From sequence record KM407600: 64,000 bases of DNA, one strand, 5' to 3'. How positions within the stretch are numbered: position 1 is the stretch's first letter; each line of letters begins with the position of its first letter. Below, piece by piece: positions 41,044 to 50,565 of the stretch. Under the pieces are notes generated by a model. The model saw only the letters and a program-made list of their open reading frames with translations. It was not told the origin of the DNA and did no database searches. The DNA is from Shigella phage Shf125875. The translations under genes and the position numbers were made by a program.

Positions 41044-41435
41044 TACTTTTTAAAAGTTTTTTGCAAAAGTTTGATGATTTCGTCGACGTTGGTTTCATCT
41101 ACGATACAATGGATTTTTGTTACACCTAAAGTTATACCTTCGTTAGTAGGTTGAGGCTTTACTAAATCTACCTCAATAAAGTATTTGAACTCGTCAGGAT
41201 AAATCTCAAAATAAGTTTCAATTTCACCACCGGCAGAACATACAGTACCATCTTCCATAGTTACACTTACTACGTTTGACGTATCGTTATCATAATCAGG
41301 TTCCATTCCGTTTACAACAAAACTAGGCCCATGGAGTTCAATCAATTTTAACATCTTAGCGTTATTGTGTGGTGCTTCTTGAACAAAGTCATCTTTAAAT
41401 AAAGGGTTGATGATATAAGATTTTCCGATTTCCAT
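41043..41435 (-). CDS. hypothetical early protein (frd.3 position)
   Basis: 130-aa ORF with early promoter at 41465-41493. Confidence 0.5.
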   Translation of the reverse strand: MEIGKSYIINPLFKDDFVQEAPHNNAKMLKLIELHGPSFVVNGMEPDYDNDTSNVVSVTMEDGTVCSAGGEIETYFEIYPDEFKYFIEVDLVKPQPTNEGITLGVTKIHCIVDETNVDEIIKLLQKTFKK

Positions 41436-41464
41436 TTTGATTTCCTCATGTTGTTGATAAGTCT

Positions 41465-41493
41465 ATAGTAACACATCTACGGAAGAAGTAAAC
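41465..41493 (-). promoter_or_regulatory. early promoter
   Basis: GTTTAC, 17 nt, TACTAT; upstream of ORF 41043..41435. Confidence 0.6.
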
Positions 41494-41517
41494 AACTTTT
41501 TCAGCAATTTACAGATA

Positions 41518-41542
41518 CTCAAAAGGGAGACCGAAGTCTCCC
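41518..41542 (-). terminator. gene 32 terminator (UUCG-loop hairpin)
   Basis: Minus strand reads gggagacttcggtctccc then ttttgag, 7 nt after the gp32 stop. Confidence 0.8.
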
Positions 41543-41548
41543 AATTTA

Positions 41549-42448
41549 TTATAAACCAGCTAACAGGTCATCAAGGTCGCCATCATCAGAAGACGAGGAA
41601 CTCATGAAGTCATCTTCAGTTTTTGCAGAACTAAAGGCTTCCATGTCTTTATCAAAATCGTCAAGGTCAGAAGCAACTTTATCTGCAACAGAAGCTGCTG
41701 CGGCTGCTGCACCACCAAGAGCGGCAGTACCAAGAACCTTAGCGAAAGATTCATTTAATTTTTCGAAGGATTTGAACTGGTCTTTAGCCGTCAAAGTAGT
41801 AAGGTCTACCATCTGGTCATACAGTTCTTTCTGGAATGCTTCGTCATTAATACGAGGAATTTCAGATTGACCCAAGAATTTAGATTCGTCATAGTTGCTA
41901 AAACCAGAAACCTGCTTAGCTTTCAGAACGAAGTTAGCACCTTCAAACGGACAAGTAACATCAACTGGAGTTTCACCCATTTCGGTATCAACTGCAATCA
42001 TTGCATTGATTTTGTCCCAAATCTTTTTACCGAAACGATATTTAAATACTTTACCTTCGTTATCTGGAGCTTGAGGGTCTTTAACAACCAGAATATTAGC
42101 CCAATAAGAAGTTTTACGTTTCAGTTGAGAATATTCAGTTTTGTTGGTATTGTACAGGTCATTTTTACTAATGTACTGACATACAGGACAAGAGTCGTAA
42201 TCACCATGTGTAGAAGAGCAATTTTCAATATACCATTTACCATTTTTCTTGAAACCGTGGTTAACAAGAATTGCAAATGGTAGTGCATCATCAGTTTTTG
42301 CTGGCAGGAAACGAATTACCGCTTGACCATTACCTGATGCATCTAGCTTCAGCTTCCATTCGCCTTTATCTTCTGAAGAGAAACCTTTGTTACCGTTCAG
42401 TTTAGCCATTTGAGCAGCGAGGTCAGCAGTAGATTTACGTTTAAACAT
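41549..42448 (-). CDS. 32: single-stranded DNA-binding protein gp32
   Basis: 299-aa ORF, N-terminus [36 protein letters not shown] recognised as gp32; acidic C-terminal tail. Confidence 0.97.
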   Translation of the reverse strand: MFKRKSTADLAAQMAKLNGNKGFSSEDKGEWKLKLDASGNGQAVIRFLPAKTDDALPFAILVNHGFKKNGKWYIENCSSTHGDYDSCPVCQYISKNDLYNTNKTEYSQLKRKTSYWANILVVKDPQAPDNEGKVFKYRFGKKIWDKINAMIAVDTEMGETPVDVTCPFEGANFVLKAKQVSGFSNYDESKFLGQSEIPRINDEAFQKELYDQMVDLTTLTAKDQFKSFEKLNESFAKVLGTAALGGAAAAAASVADKVASDLDDFDKDMEAFSSAKTEDDFMSSSSSDDGDLDDLLAGL

Positions 42449-42540
42449 TATATTTACCTTTATTTAGATTATTTAGATTATTTAGATTATTTAATTTATT
42501 TACAGTTGGTTGCTACGACACTTATACCTCGTAGCTGGTA
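42449..42540 (-). promoter_or_regulatory. gene 32 translational operator: A/U-rich unstructured leader with 9-nt tandem repeats, plus upstream hairpin (pseudoknot candidate)
   Basis: mRNA leader reads UAAAUAAUC repeated three times then AAAGGUAAAUAUA-AUG; hairpin GCUACGA...UCGUAGC at 42512-42535. Confidence 0.7.
42451..42505. repeat. tandem 9-bp repeat (tatttagat; three perfect copies plus degenerate flanking copies)
   Basis: Direct reading of 42461-42487 (three perfect units) with degenerate units on either side. Confidence 0.85.
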
Positions 42541-42582
42541 TGATTTATTTATAAAGTAATTTTAACAAACAAGAAATAAAGC

Positions 42583-43236
42583 TTAATACTTACATGATTT
42601 GATTGTTTCTATGAACAATTTCTTAGCAGCATTTCCGTCGATTTGAAGTATTTTTCGATATGCCTTTAATTTGGTAGAATAATTTTGCCAGACTAAATTG
42701 TCGGTGAGTTCGTCGTGCTTATCTATAATATTCAAGAATGAATCCAACAACAAGAAGGTTTCAAATGAAATTATATTGCTTTGTAGCAATTTAAATATGT
42801 AGCTCGACTGAACTTTATTATTATAATCAAATATCTCTTGAAGCGCACTAACTTCCACTTTCTTACTGAAATAGTAGATGTTACGTACATCTTCAGCAAA
42901 CGTCTCCTTGGCTTGTTTGAGACGTCCAATATATTCCCTATAGAAAACTAATGCATCAGCGTCTGATATCTCACCAATCCATGCATCTTGGTTAGCAACT
43001 AAGTTACTGATGAATATCAAGGTGAGTTCCTTTAACTTATATTTCTCTGCTAGTTTCTCAAAGAAATATTTATCTCGGCGTTTTTGATACGCATTATCCG
43101 AAACACGCATGCACCAGTTATATTTGATTACGTCATACCGACCACCAAAATGGTTTTTGCACATCAAGTATAGTTTATATACCGATTTTCCATTAATATA
43201 ACGTTCTCCATCAGGAGGCATGCGTATTTTAATCAT
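42583..43236 (-). CDS. 59: helicase loader gp59
   Basis: 217-aa ORF recognised as T4 gp59-like. Confidence 0.93.
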   Translation of the reverse strand: MIKIRMPPDGERYINGKSVYKLYLMCKNHFGGRYDVIKYNWCMRVSDNAYQKRRDKYFFEKLAEKYKLKELTLIFISNLVANQDAWIGEISDADALVFYREYIGRLKQAKETFAEDVRNIYYFSKKVEVSALQEIFDYNNKVQSSYIFKLLQSNIISFETFLLLDSFLNIIDKHDELTDNLVWQNYSTKLKAYRKILQIDGNAAKKLFIETIKSCKY

Positions 43237-43912
43237 ATTTCCATCCGGACCATTTTGAAGATTTAAGTCTATATGTAACTAAAGACGCAGAAATATTAAA
43301 AACATTTGAAACTTCTTTACACGAGGCGTATTTTATACCATCAATAATTATAGGTTTTTGTTTTTTAATAGTTCTTTCTTTAGAATGCGGCTTTGAATTT
43401 GCTATTCTAAGAGCTTCTTTGGTTGAATCGGGCATCGGCTTATTCGTTTTTCGCCCTTTTCGGACTTTGCTCAAGGCCAATTTGTGAGCTTCAGATAGTT
43501 TCTTACCCTTATTAGGTGACGATATTTTCTTTTCTAGTCTTGTTTTAGATACTTTAGCCTTAGTCTCTTCAGATCTAGGTTTACCTAATTTAGAAAGTGA
43601 AATAGCCCTTTTAGCTTCATCACTTTGTTTTTTACCAGGACCACCTTTACCACCGGGAACTAAGTTATAAGTATCATCTCGCAAAACAAAATCTTCGTTA
43701 ACCAATTCTGCTTCTTTTTTATAGGCGTCCTTGTCATTATCATATTCATAAAGAATTTCGGTATAAAAATTTTTTAGTCCATATTTAGCTTTGGCCGCTA
43801 ATATAGCGCGGCCTGATCCAATATACCAATCTTTCTCTTTATGTTTTTTGTGTACGCCTATATAAATTTTACCATTTATTTTATTGGTAGTTTTATACAC
43901 AACGTATTTCAT
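43229..43912 (-). CDS. free-standing GIY-YIG homing endonuclease (Seg / I-TevI family)
   Basis: 227 aa; GIY-YIG motifs (YVVYKTTNKINGKIYIGV, YIGSG), NUMOD3-like repeats, basic C-terminal DNA-binding region. Confidence 0.8.
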   Translation of the reverse strand: MKYVVYKTTNKINGKIYIGVHKKHKEKDWYIGSGRAILAAKAKYGLKNFYTEILYEYDNDKDAYKKEAELVNEDFVLRDDTYNLVPGGKGGPGKKQSDEAKRAISLSKLGKPRSEETKAKVSKTRLEKKISSPNKGKKLSEAHKLALSKVRKGRKTNKPMPDSTKEALRIANSKPHSKERTIKKQKPIIIDGIKYASCKEVSNVFNISASLVTYRLKSSKWSGWKYD

Positions 43913-44247
43913 AATAAGAAATCTAACGTATTAGTTTTTTCACCACGAGCAACTGATGGGCGAAGCATATTTTCGTCAATTGCTTCGCTTGTAATTTTTT
44001 CAACAATTCCTGTAGGAATAAATTTAGCAAATTGTGTTTCTGGAATAGAATTTTCTTCCAAGAAAGCAGTTGTTGCTTCTAAATAAGACATACCAAATTG
44101 CTCAACCATGGATTCGATAATGAATCCGTTTTCTTGACGGTCAAGCAATTTAGCGATATCATCTTTATCATGTTTTACTGCTAATTCTTGTTCAGATAAA
44201 CCGGTCTCATCAACCGGTTTAATATCACTTAGTGAAAACTGTGTCAT
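43909..44247 (-). CDS. 33: late transcription accessory protein gp33
   Basis: 112-aa ORF recognised as gp33-like. Confidence 0.9.
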   Translation of the reverse strand: MTQFSLSDIKPVDETGLSEQELAVKHDKDDIAKLLDRQENGFIIESMVEQFGMSYLEATTAFLEENSIPETQFAKFIPTGIVEKITSEAIDENMLRPSVARGEKTNTLDFLL

Positions 44248-44512
44248 AAAGCTCGACTACCTCTTCGTTTTCAGCTTCAAATTGGTCACGAGCATCTTTA
44301 TGATAAAGAGCTAACAAACGATTAAACATTTTTCCATCAACGCCAAGCTCTTCTTTAGCACGAGTACGAATGTCTTTAATCAGTTCATTATAACCAGAAA
44401 TTTTAAGTTTGTTATCGGAAGCTTCCTTGACTAGTTTAGCCAGTTCTTCACCATGCACATCTTGATTAAATTCAACTGCTTCTTTCTTAGCCATGTTTAC
44501 CTCAGAATTCAT
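44225..44512 (-). CDS. dsbA: DsbA double-stranded DNA-binding protein
   Basis: 95-aa ORF between 33 and rnh. Confidence 0.75.
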   Translation of the reverse strand: MNSEVNMAKKEAVEFNQDVHGEELAKLVKEASDNKLKISGYNELIKDIRTRAKEELGVDGKMFNRLLALYHKDARDQFEAENEEVVELYDTVFTK

Positions 44513-45419
44513 TAATTACACTTGTTAATTTAGAAAGACCCGATTTTACAAAGTATGAATAAATCTTGCCTTTAGGTTGTTGTTTATATGAGTTATAATA
44601 CTCTATAATGGTTGAAGCAATATTATCAGGGATATAATCAAAATCAATGAGAACCAAATTTTCTTGGTACCGTTTATATTCTTCTGCACTTAATAATACT
44701 TCAGCTTGAGAACGGTCATTAGCAATTGCTTCAATAATCGTTGTTTTCATACTCGGAGTTCGTTCGCCTTCAACTCGAGTAAACCAGAAATCACCACGAA
44801 CTCGAACAGACGCAACACCATCTTTACGGTCGCCTTTAAGAATTTTAGTCATGCAATCAATTTCGGCAGAACCATTCTTAATTTTAACCCATTTTTTCTG
44901 TGGTGGTGACCACTGTTTAACGTTAGGGTATTTGTGTAATTGTGTAAAGTCACCATCTGATGCAACAATACATACCTTATGACCAGCTAATGACAAATAT
45001 TTAGTTAATACACCGATATGGTCATCCGCTTCGTATTTGTCAATATCCATTACAACGTATGGCATATATTTCTTAATCTCATCAACAACTTGATGGAGTG
45101 CAGTAAAATATCCTTCCCAATCCCACTTTGAAGCTTCACGATCGGTTTTACGATTTTTCTTATAATAGTAAGCAAAGTCACGACGCCAATATCCAGAAGT
45201 AGCGTTATCCATGCACAATACAAATTTTGTATAACCTTGCTTACGGAACATCACTACGTTTTTACGAATTGAATTCAAGACTACATGACGAACCATCGGA
45301 ACAGTAATTTTATCACCATCTTCAAAGTTGTTTAATGCAGCTGCCAATGCAATGTTACTAAAGTCTGCAAGCGCAATACCTTCTTTGTAATCTTCATCCA
45401 ACATCATTTCTAAATCCAT
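44502..45419 (-). CDS. rnh: RNase H (5'-3' exonuclease, FEN family)
   Basis: 305-aa ORF; synteny and size. Confidence 0.92.
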   Translation of the reverse strand: MDLEMMLDEDYKEGIALADFSNIALAAALNNFEDGDKITVPMVRHVVLNSIRKNVVMFRKQGYTKFVLCMDNATSGYWRRDFAYYYKKNRKTDREASKWDWEGYFTALHQVVDEIKKYMPYVVMDIDKYEADDHIGVLTKYLSLAGHKVCIVASDGDFTQLHKYPNVKQWSPPQKKWVKIKNGSAEIDCMTKILKGDRKDGVASVRVRGDFWFTRVEGERTPSMKTTIIEAIANDRSQAEVLLSAEEYKRYQENLVLIDFDYIPDNIASTIIEYYNSYKQQPKGKIYSYFVKSGLSKLTSVINEF

Positions 45420-45452
45420 ATGAACCTCTTGTTCAGTTAGTCAACTTAGACC

Positions 45453-45482
45453 ATAGTAACATACTAGTTCGAAAGCGTAAAT
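45453..45482 (-). promoter_or_regulatory. early promoter for rnh
   Basis: ATTTAC, 18 nt, TACTAT; upstream of the rnh ATG. Confidence 0.45.
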
Positions 45483-45497
45483 AGTCTTTTACTCATT

Positions 45498-45505
45498 TAT
45501 AAATA
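45498..45505 (+). promoter_or_regulatory. late promoter for gene 34
   Basis: Exact TATAAATA 35 nt upstream of the 34 ATG. Confidence 0.7.
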
Positions 45506-45539
45506 GTAAAATAGAACACATAATGATAAGAGGACTACC

Positions 45540-48500
45540 ATGGTTGACATCAAACGTAAGTTCAGGGCCGAAGATGGTCTTGACGCAGGCGGTGATAAGA
45601 TAGTTAACGTTGCGCTTGCTGACCGCACAGTTGGCACCGATGGCGTGAACGTTGACTTTTTGGTGCAAGAAAACACCGTACAGAATTATGACGATACGCG
45701 CGCGTATACAAAAGATTTTATTGTTCTTTATGATAATCGTTTTTATCAAGCTTTAAACGATATTCCAGCTCCGGCAGGCCCTTTCTCTTTGGCTAAATGG
45801 AAGTCAACTCGTACAGATGCAGAATGGACTACAGTTCAAGGCGGAGATTTCCAATTATCAGTAGGTAACTCTATTGCGGTTGATACTTCAGCTGGCACTG
45901 ATATTAATTTCACTTTGCCTCAAAATCCTTTAAATGGCGATACAGTTATTTTGTCTGATATTGGCGGTAGAGTAGGCTATGTAAAAGTTCAAATTACTGC
46001 AGAGGCTCAAAGTATTGTAAACTTTAGAGGACAACAGGTTCGTTCAGTTTTAATGACGCACCCAAAATCTAAAATGGTCTTCATTTTTAGCAACCGCCTA
46101 TGGCAAATGTATGTTTCTGATTACGAACGTAATGCAGTCACAGTAACTCCTGCTAAGCCATATCAGGCGCAACCTAACGATTTTATCATTCGACGTTTTA
46201 CATCAGCCGCTCCTATTAATATTACATTGCCTCGCAATGCTAATAATGGCGATATTATTAATTTAGTTGATTTAGACAAATTAAACCCGTTATATCACAC
46301 AATTGTCAAAACTTACGATGATACAACTTCTATACGAGAAGCCGGTGTTCATGTAGCAGAAGGACGTAATACTGCGGAAGCATTCTTTGTTTATGATTCT
46401 GCTAATAGCTTATGGCGTGTTTGGGAAGGTGACCAGAAATCTCGTTTACGTATAGTTCGTAATGATACTGATTTACGCCCTAATGAAGAAGTTCTTGTTT
46501 TTGGAACTAATAATGATACAATCTCGACGGTAAATCTTACTTTGCCTACAGATATTTTGTCTGGCGATACTGTTAAAATATCGTTGAATTATATGCGTAA
46601 AGGGCAAACTGTAAAAATTAAAGCTGCTGAAGGCGATACAATTGCTAGCAGTATTTCTTTATTACAGTTCCCAAAACGTTCGGAGTATCCACCTGATGCA
46701 CAATGGGTTTCTGTTAGTGAGCTGGAATTTAATGGTGATACTTCGTATGTACCTGTACTTGAGTTAGTTTATATAGAAGATTATTCATCTGAAACAAAAT
46801 ATTGGGTAGTTCAACAAAACACCGTAACCGTCGAACGAGTCGATGCATCGAGCAATACAACTCGAGCTCGTTTAGGTGTTATTGCTCTTGCTTCTCAAGC
46901 GCAAGCAAATGTCGATTTAGAAAATGCTCCTGGTAAAGAACTGGCTATTACTCCGGAAACATTAGCAAATCGTACAGCAACTGAAACTCGTCGTGGTATT
47001 GCTCGTATTGCAACAACTGCACAAGTTAACCAGAATACCGATTTTGCATTCCAAGACGACTTGATTATTTCTCCTAAGAAATTGAACGAACGTACAGCAA
47101 CTGAAACCCGTAGAGGTGTTGCTGAAGTTGCAACTCAAGCTGAAACTAATGCTGGAACAGATGACACCACTATTATTACTCCTAAGAAATTGGATGCCCG
47201 TCAAGGTTCTGAAGTTTTATCTGGTATTGTAAAATACACATCTACGACTGGTACTATAGCTGCTACTATTCGCGGTAATGCTGGGACTAACGTTTATAAC
47301 AAAGCCGTAGATAATTTAACTATTTCTCCAAAGGCTCTTGACCAGTATAAAGCTACCCCTACTCAGCAGGGTGCAGTAATTCTTGCTATTGAAAGTGAAG
47401 TTATCGCTGGCGAATCACAAGCAGGTTGGGCTAATGCTGTAGTGACCCCTGAAACTCTGCATAAGAAAACTTCTACTGATGGGCGTATTGGTTTAATTGA
47501 AATTGCTACGCAAGCAGAAACTAACACTGGAACTGATTATACTAGAGCAGTAACGCCTAAGACGTTAAATGATAGGAAAGCTACGGAAGGATTATCTGGC
47601 ATAGCCGAAATTGCTACGCAAGTTGAATTTGATACTGGAACTGACGATACTCGTATCTCGACTCCACTGAAAATTAAAACTCATTTTGATTCTTCTGGCC
47701 GTACCAGTGTTAATTCTGATTCCGGACTTATTGAAGAAGGAACCTTGTGGAACCATTATACTCTTGATATTTCTAAAGCAAATGAAACACAACGCGGTAC
47801 ACTTCGCGTAGCGACCCAGGCAGAATCTAATGCAGGAACTTTAGATGATGTTCTTATTACTCCTAAAAAGCTTTTAGGGACTAAGTCCACTGAAACGTCT
47901 GAAGGCGTAATTAAGGTTGCTACTCAGGCTGAAACTGTAACAGGAACTTCTGCTAATACTGCTGTATCACCTAAGAATTTAAAATGGATTGTTCAATCAG
48001 AACCATCATGGACTGCTACTACGGCAATTCGTGGATTCGTTAAAACTTCATCTGGTTCTATTACATTTGTTGGTAATGATACAGTTGGTTCAACACAATC
48101 TTTAGAATCATATGAGAAAAATAGCTATGCGGTATCACCATATGAATTAAACCGTGTACTTGCTAACTACTTACCGTTGAAAGCTAAAGCAGCTGATAGT
48201 AATTTGTTAGATGGTCTAGATTCTCTTCAGTTCATCCGTAGAGACATCGACCAGACGGTTAATGGTTCTTTAAGTCTTACTAAACAGACCAACCTGAGTG
48301 CTCCTTTAGTATCTACAAGCACTGCTTCTTTTGGTTCCGAAGCATCTGTTACTCGTAGATTAACTCTTAATGATTCTAGCGGTTCTGAAATAATTTTCAC
48401 TAAAGGAACCCAATCTCTTAGTAATAAAGAGAATTTCGTTGTTAGAGCATGGGGTAATAGCGCTACAGATGGTGCCCGTGATACAGTATTTGAAGCGGGT

Positions 48501-49373
48501 GACGAAACCGGATACCATTTCTATTCTCAGCGCGCTGCTGATAATAAAGTATCATTTAATATTAATGGAACACTTTATTCAACAGGTATTGTTTCTACAA
48601 ATGGATTAAATGTTACAGGTGTTTCTACCTTTACAGGGCCTATTAGTGCTACAGGCGAAATTGTTTCTAGTTCTCCTATTGCATTCAGAGCTATTAATGG
48701 TAACTATGGTGTTATGCTTTATAATGCTGGTAACAGTTCTTATATTGCATTAACTAACTCAGGTGACCAGACCGGGACGTTTAATAACTTACGCCCGATC
48801 ACGATTAACAACGCCACAGGCTTAGTTCGTCTTGACAATGGTGTTCAAATCACAAGTGGTGCAACAATAACTACCGGTGGGTTAACTGTAAATAACAGAA
48901 TTATTTCTAACGGCGTTAAAACTGCCACTGTTTATACCGATAAACCAACAGCTTCTACTGTAGGTTTTTGGTCTATTGACATTAACGATTCTGCTGTATA
49001 TAGCCAATTCCCTGGATACTGGACGCGTGATAACAAAGGTAACCGTGACCAAGAAATTAAATATCCTGGTACTTTGACTCAATTCGGCAATAGCTTAGAT
49101 TCGCTTTATCAGGATTGGATTTGTTATCCTACAGGTGCAAATGGTGGTAGTATTCGTTATACTCGTACCTGGCAGAAAAATAAAGATGCTTGGACTTCAT
49201 TTGCAATGGTATTTGATAGTGGCAACCCACCTTCACCTAGCGATGTCGGTGCTATCCCATCTGATAATGCTGTTATTGGAAACCTTACTATTCGAGACTT
49301 CTTACAATTAGGAAATGTGAGAATTGTTCCAGACCCGGTTAACAAAACAGTTAAATTTATATGGGTTGAATAA
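45540..49373 (+). CDS. 34: long tail fibre proximal subunit gp34
   Basis: 1277-aa ORF with late promoter; internal tandem repeat motifs. Confidence 0.93.
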   Translation: MVDIKRKFRAEDGLDAGGDKIVNVALADRTVGTDGVNVDFLVQENTVQNYDDTRAYTKDFIVLYDNRFYQALNDIPAPAGPFSLAKWKSTRTDAEWTTVQGGDFQLSVGNSIAVDTSAGTDINFTLPQNPLNGDTVILSDIGGRVGYVKVQITAEAQSIVNFRGQQVRSVLMTHPKSKMVFIFSNRLWQMYVSDYERNAVTVTPAKPYQAQPNDFIIRRFTSAAPINITLPRNANNGDIINLVDLDKLNPLYHTIVKTYDDTTSIREAGVHVAEGRNTAEAFFVYDSANSLWRVWEGDQKSRLRIVRNDTDLRPNEEVLVFGTNNDTISTVNLTLPTDILSGDTVKISLNYMRKGQTVKIKAAEGDTIASSISLLQFPKRSEYPPDAQWVSVSELEFNGDTSYVPVLELVYIEDYSSETKYWVVQQNTVTVERVDASSNTTRARLGVIALASQAQANVDLENAPGKELAITPETLANRTATETRRGIARIATTAQVNQNTDFAFQDDLIISPKKLNERTATETRRGVAEVATQAETNAGTDDTTIITPKKLDARQGSEVLSGIVKYTSTTGTIAATIRGNAGTNVYNKAVDNLTISPKALDQYKATPTQQGAVILAIESEVIAGESQAGWANAVVTPETLHKKTSTDGRIGLIEIATQAETNTGTDYTRAVTPKTLNDRKATEGLSGIAEIATQVEFDTGTDDTRISTPLKIKTHFDSSGRTSVNSDSGLIEEGTLWNHYTLDISKANETQRGTLRVATQAESNAGTLDDVLITPKKLLGTKSTETSEGVIKVATQAETVTGTSANTAVSPKNLKWIVQSEPSWTATTAIRGFVKTSSGSITFVGNDTVGSTQSLESYEKNSYAVSPYELNRVLANYLPLKAKAADSNLLDGLDSLQFIRRDIDQTVNGSLSLTKQTNLSAPLVSTSTASFGSEASVTRRLTLNDSSGSEIIFTKGTQSLSNKENFVVRAWGNSATDGARDTVFEAGDETGYHFYSQRAADNKVSFNINGTLYSTGIVSTNGLNVTGVSTFTGPISATGEIVSSSPIAFRAINGNYGVMLYNAGNSSYIALTNSGDQTGTFNNLRPITINNATGLVRLDNGVQITSGATITTGGLTVNNRIISNGVKTATVYTDKPTASTVGFWSIDINDSAVYSQFPGYWTRDNKGNRDQEIKYPGTLTQFGNSLDSLYQDWICYPTGANGGSIRYTRTWQKNKDAWTSFAMVFDSGNPPSPSDVGAIPSDNAVIGNLTIRDFLQLGNVRIVPDPVNKTVKFIWVE
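46930..47990 (+). repeat. intragenic tandem repeats in gp34 (about 7 copies of a roughly 35-aa motif ...RRG.A..ATQAE.N.GTDDT..ITPKKL)
   Basis: Repeated peptide motif visible in the gp34 translation. Confidence 0.7.
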
Positions 49374-49381
49374 GAGGTTAT

Positions 49382-50506
49382 ATGGAAAAATTTATGGCAA
49401 GGTTTGGACAAGGATACGTCCAAACGCCGTTTTTATCGGAAAGCAATTCAGTTAGATTTAAGCTAAGTATAGCGGGTTCATGCCCGCTTTCAACAACTAA
49501 TCCGTATATTTTGTTCCAAAATGAGCCTTTAGGGTTGCAGTCTTTTGGTATTGGACTAAATGTTAGGGTGATAAATCCGGAAAATGGAACTATAGTTGAT
49601 AGTAAATTATACAATTTTGCGCCTACAAATAATGCAACTTCAGCTGCATTTATTTCGTTTGTTAATACATACGCAGATAATTTCATTTTCGCATTTATTT
49701 CTAATAACAAATTTAATTTGCCGCCAGAAATAATTGAATGGTTTAAAGCTGCTGGGAGTTCAGTTATACCGTCAATTGAAGTTGCTAGTCTTGTTGATAT
49801 TTCATATTCAGCGTTTTATGTTTCAGGTAAAAATACTATTGCATTAGAACACATAAAATACAGTAATAAGAAAACAATTTCTGATTACGCAACTCCATTA
49901 GATATTGTATATGACTCTATTGCTGATATAGGTGCTACCGGCTATCCTAGACGTACATATGAAGCTCTAGAAACGTTTTTATCTCCTGTTGGAGGAACTA
50001 ACAATGAAATAAAAAGGATGCCTACGTCATCCCTTGTTACTCCTATCGCAAACTATGGATTAAAGCCTACAGATTTTCTTTATTTGAAATTTCAATTAAT
50101 GGCTGATGAAGAATTATTAGAGGAAGGAACCACAAGACTTTCAATTCGTTTCTTTAAGTCTCCATCTAGCTCTCCTATATCATCTAAAGATATAAACTTT
50201 GATGGAACTGCCGGGGAGTGGAAGCTATATGAAGAATACGTTGAAATACCAGCTGAAGCTGATGGCTTTACAGTATATTGTTACCGTACGGCCTCAGTCG
50301 GTCAAGGTGGACTAAGAAATGTTATTTTCACTGAAGTATCATGTAACGGAAGTATAGCAAAACCCGCTGAGTTTGGTATAAACGGTATTCGTGTTAATTA
50401 TATTGATGAATCATTAACCGGTAATGATATAATGGACTTGCCTACTCAGTTATCTAACGACACAGGTAAGGTATTTGGGCAGGAATTTAAAGAGTACACA
50501 GAATAA
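49382..50506 (+). CDS. 35: long tail fibre hinge protein gp35
   Basis: 374-aa ORF; synteny. Confidence 0.85.
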   Translation: MEKFMARFGQGYVQTPFLSESNSVRFKLSIAGSCPLSTTNPYILFQNEPLGLQSFGIGLNVRVINPENGTIVDSKLYNFAPTNNATSAAFISFVNTYADNFIFAFISNNKFNLPPEIIEWFKAAGSSVIPSIEVASLVDISYSAFYVSGKNTIALEHIKYSNKKTISDYATPLDIVYDSIADIGATGYPRRTYEALETFLSPVGGTNNEIKRMPTSSLVTPIANYGLKPTDFLYLKFQLMADEELLEEGTTRLSIRFFKSPSSSPISSKDINFDGTAGEWKLYEEYVEIPAEADGFTVYCYRTASVGQGGLRNVIFTEVSCNGSIAKPAEFGINGIRVNYIDESLTGNDIMDLPTQLSNDTGKVFGQEFKEYTE

Positions 50507-50507
50507 A

Positions 50508-50527
50508 GGAGACTTCGGTCTCCTTTT
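50508..50527 (+). terminator. terminator after gene 35
   Basis: ggagacttcggtctcc followed by ttttcg. Confidence 0.7.
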
Positions 50528-50531
50528 CGCG

Positions 50532-50539
50532 TATAAATA
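50532..50539 (+). promoter_or_regulatory. late promoter for genes 36-37-38
   Basis: Exact TATAAATA 27 nt upstream of the 36 ATG. Confidence 0.7.
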
Positions 50540-50565
50540 CTTTAATATTAATAAGGAGACACGAA

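Noticed and set aside
42451-42505. Short tandem repeat array considered as a possible CRISPR array or replication iteron
   Set aside because: The 9-bp units are directly adjacent with no spacers and sit exactly in the gene 32 mRNA leader; best explained as the gp32 translational operator.
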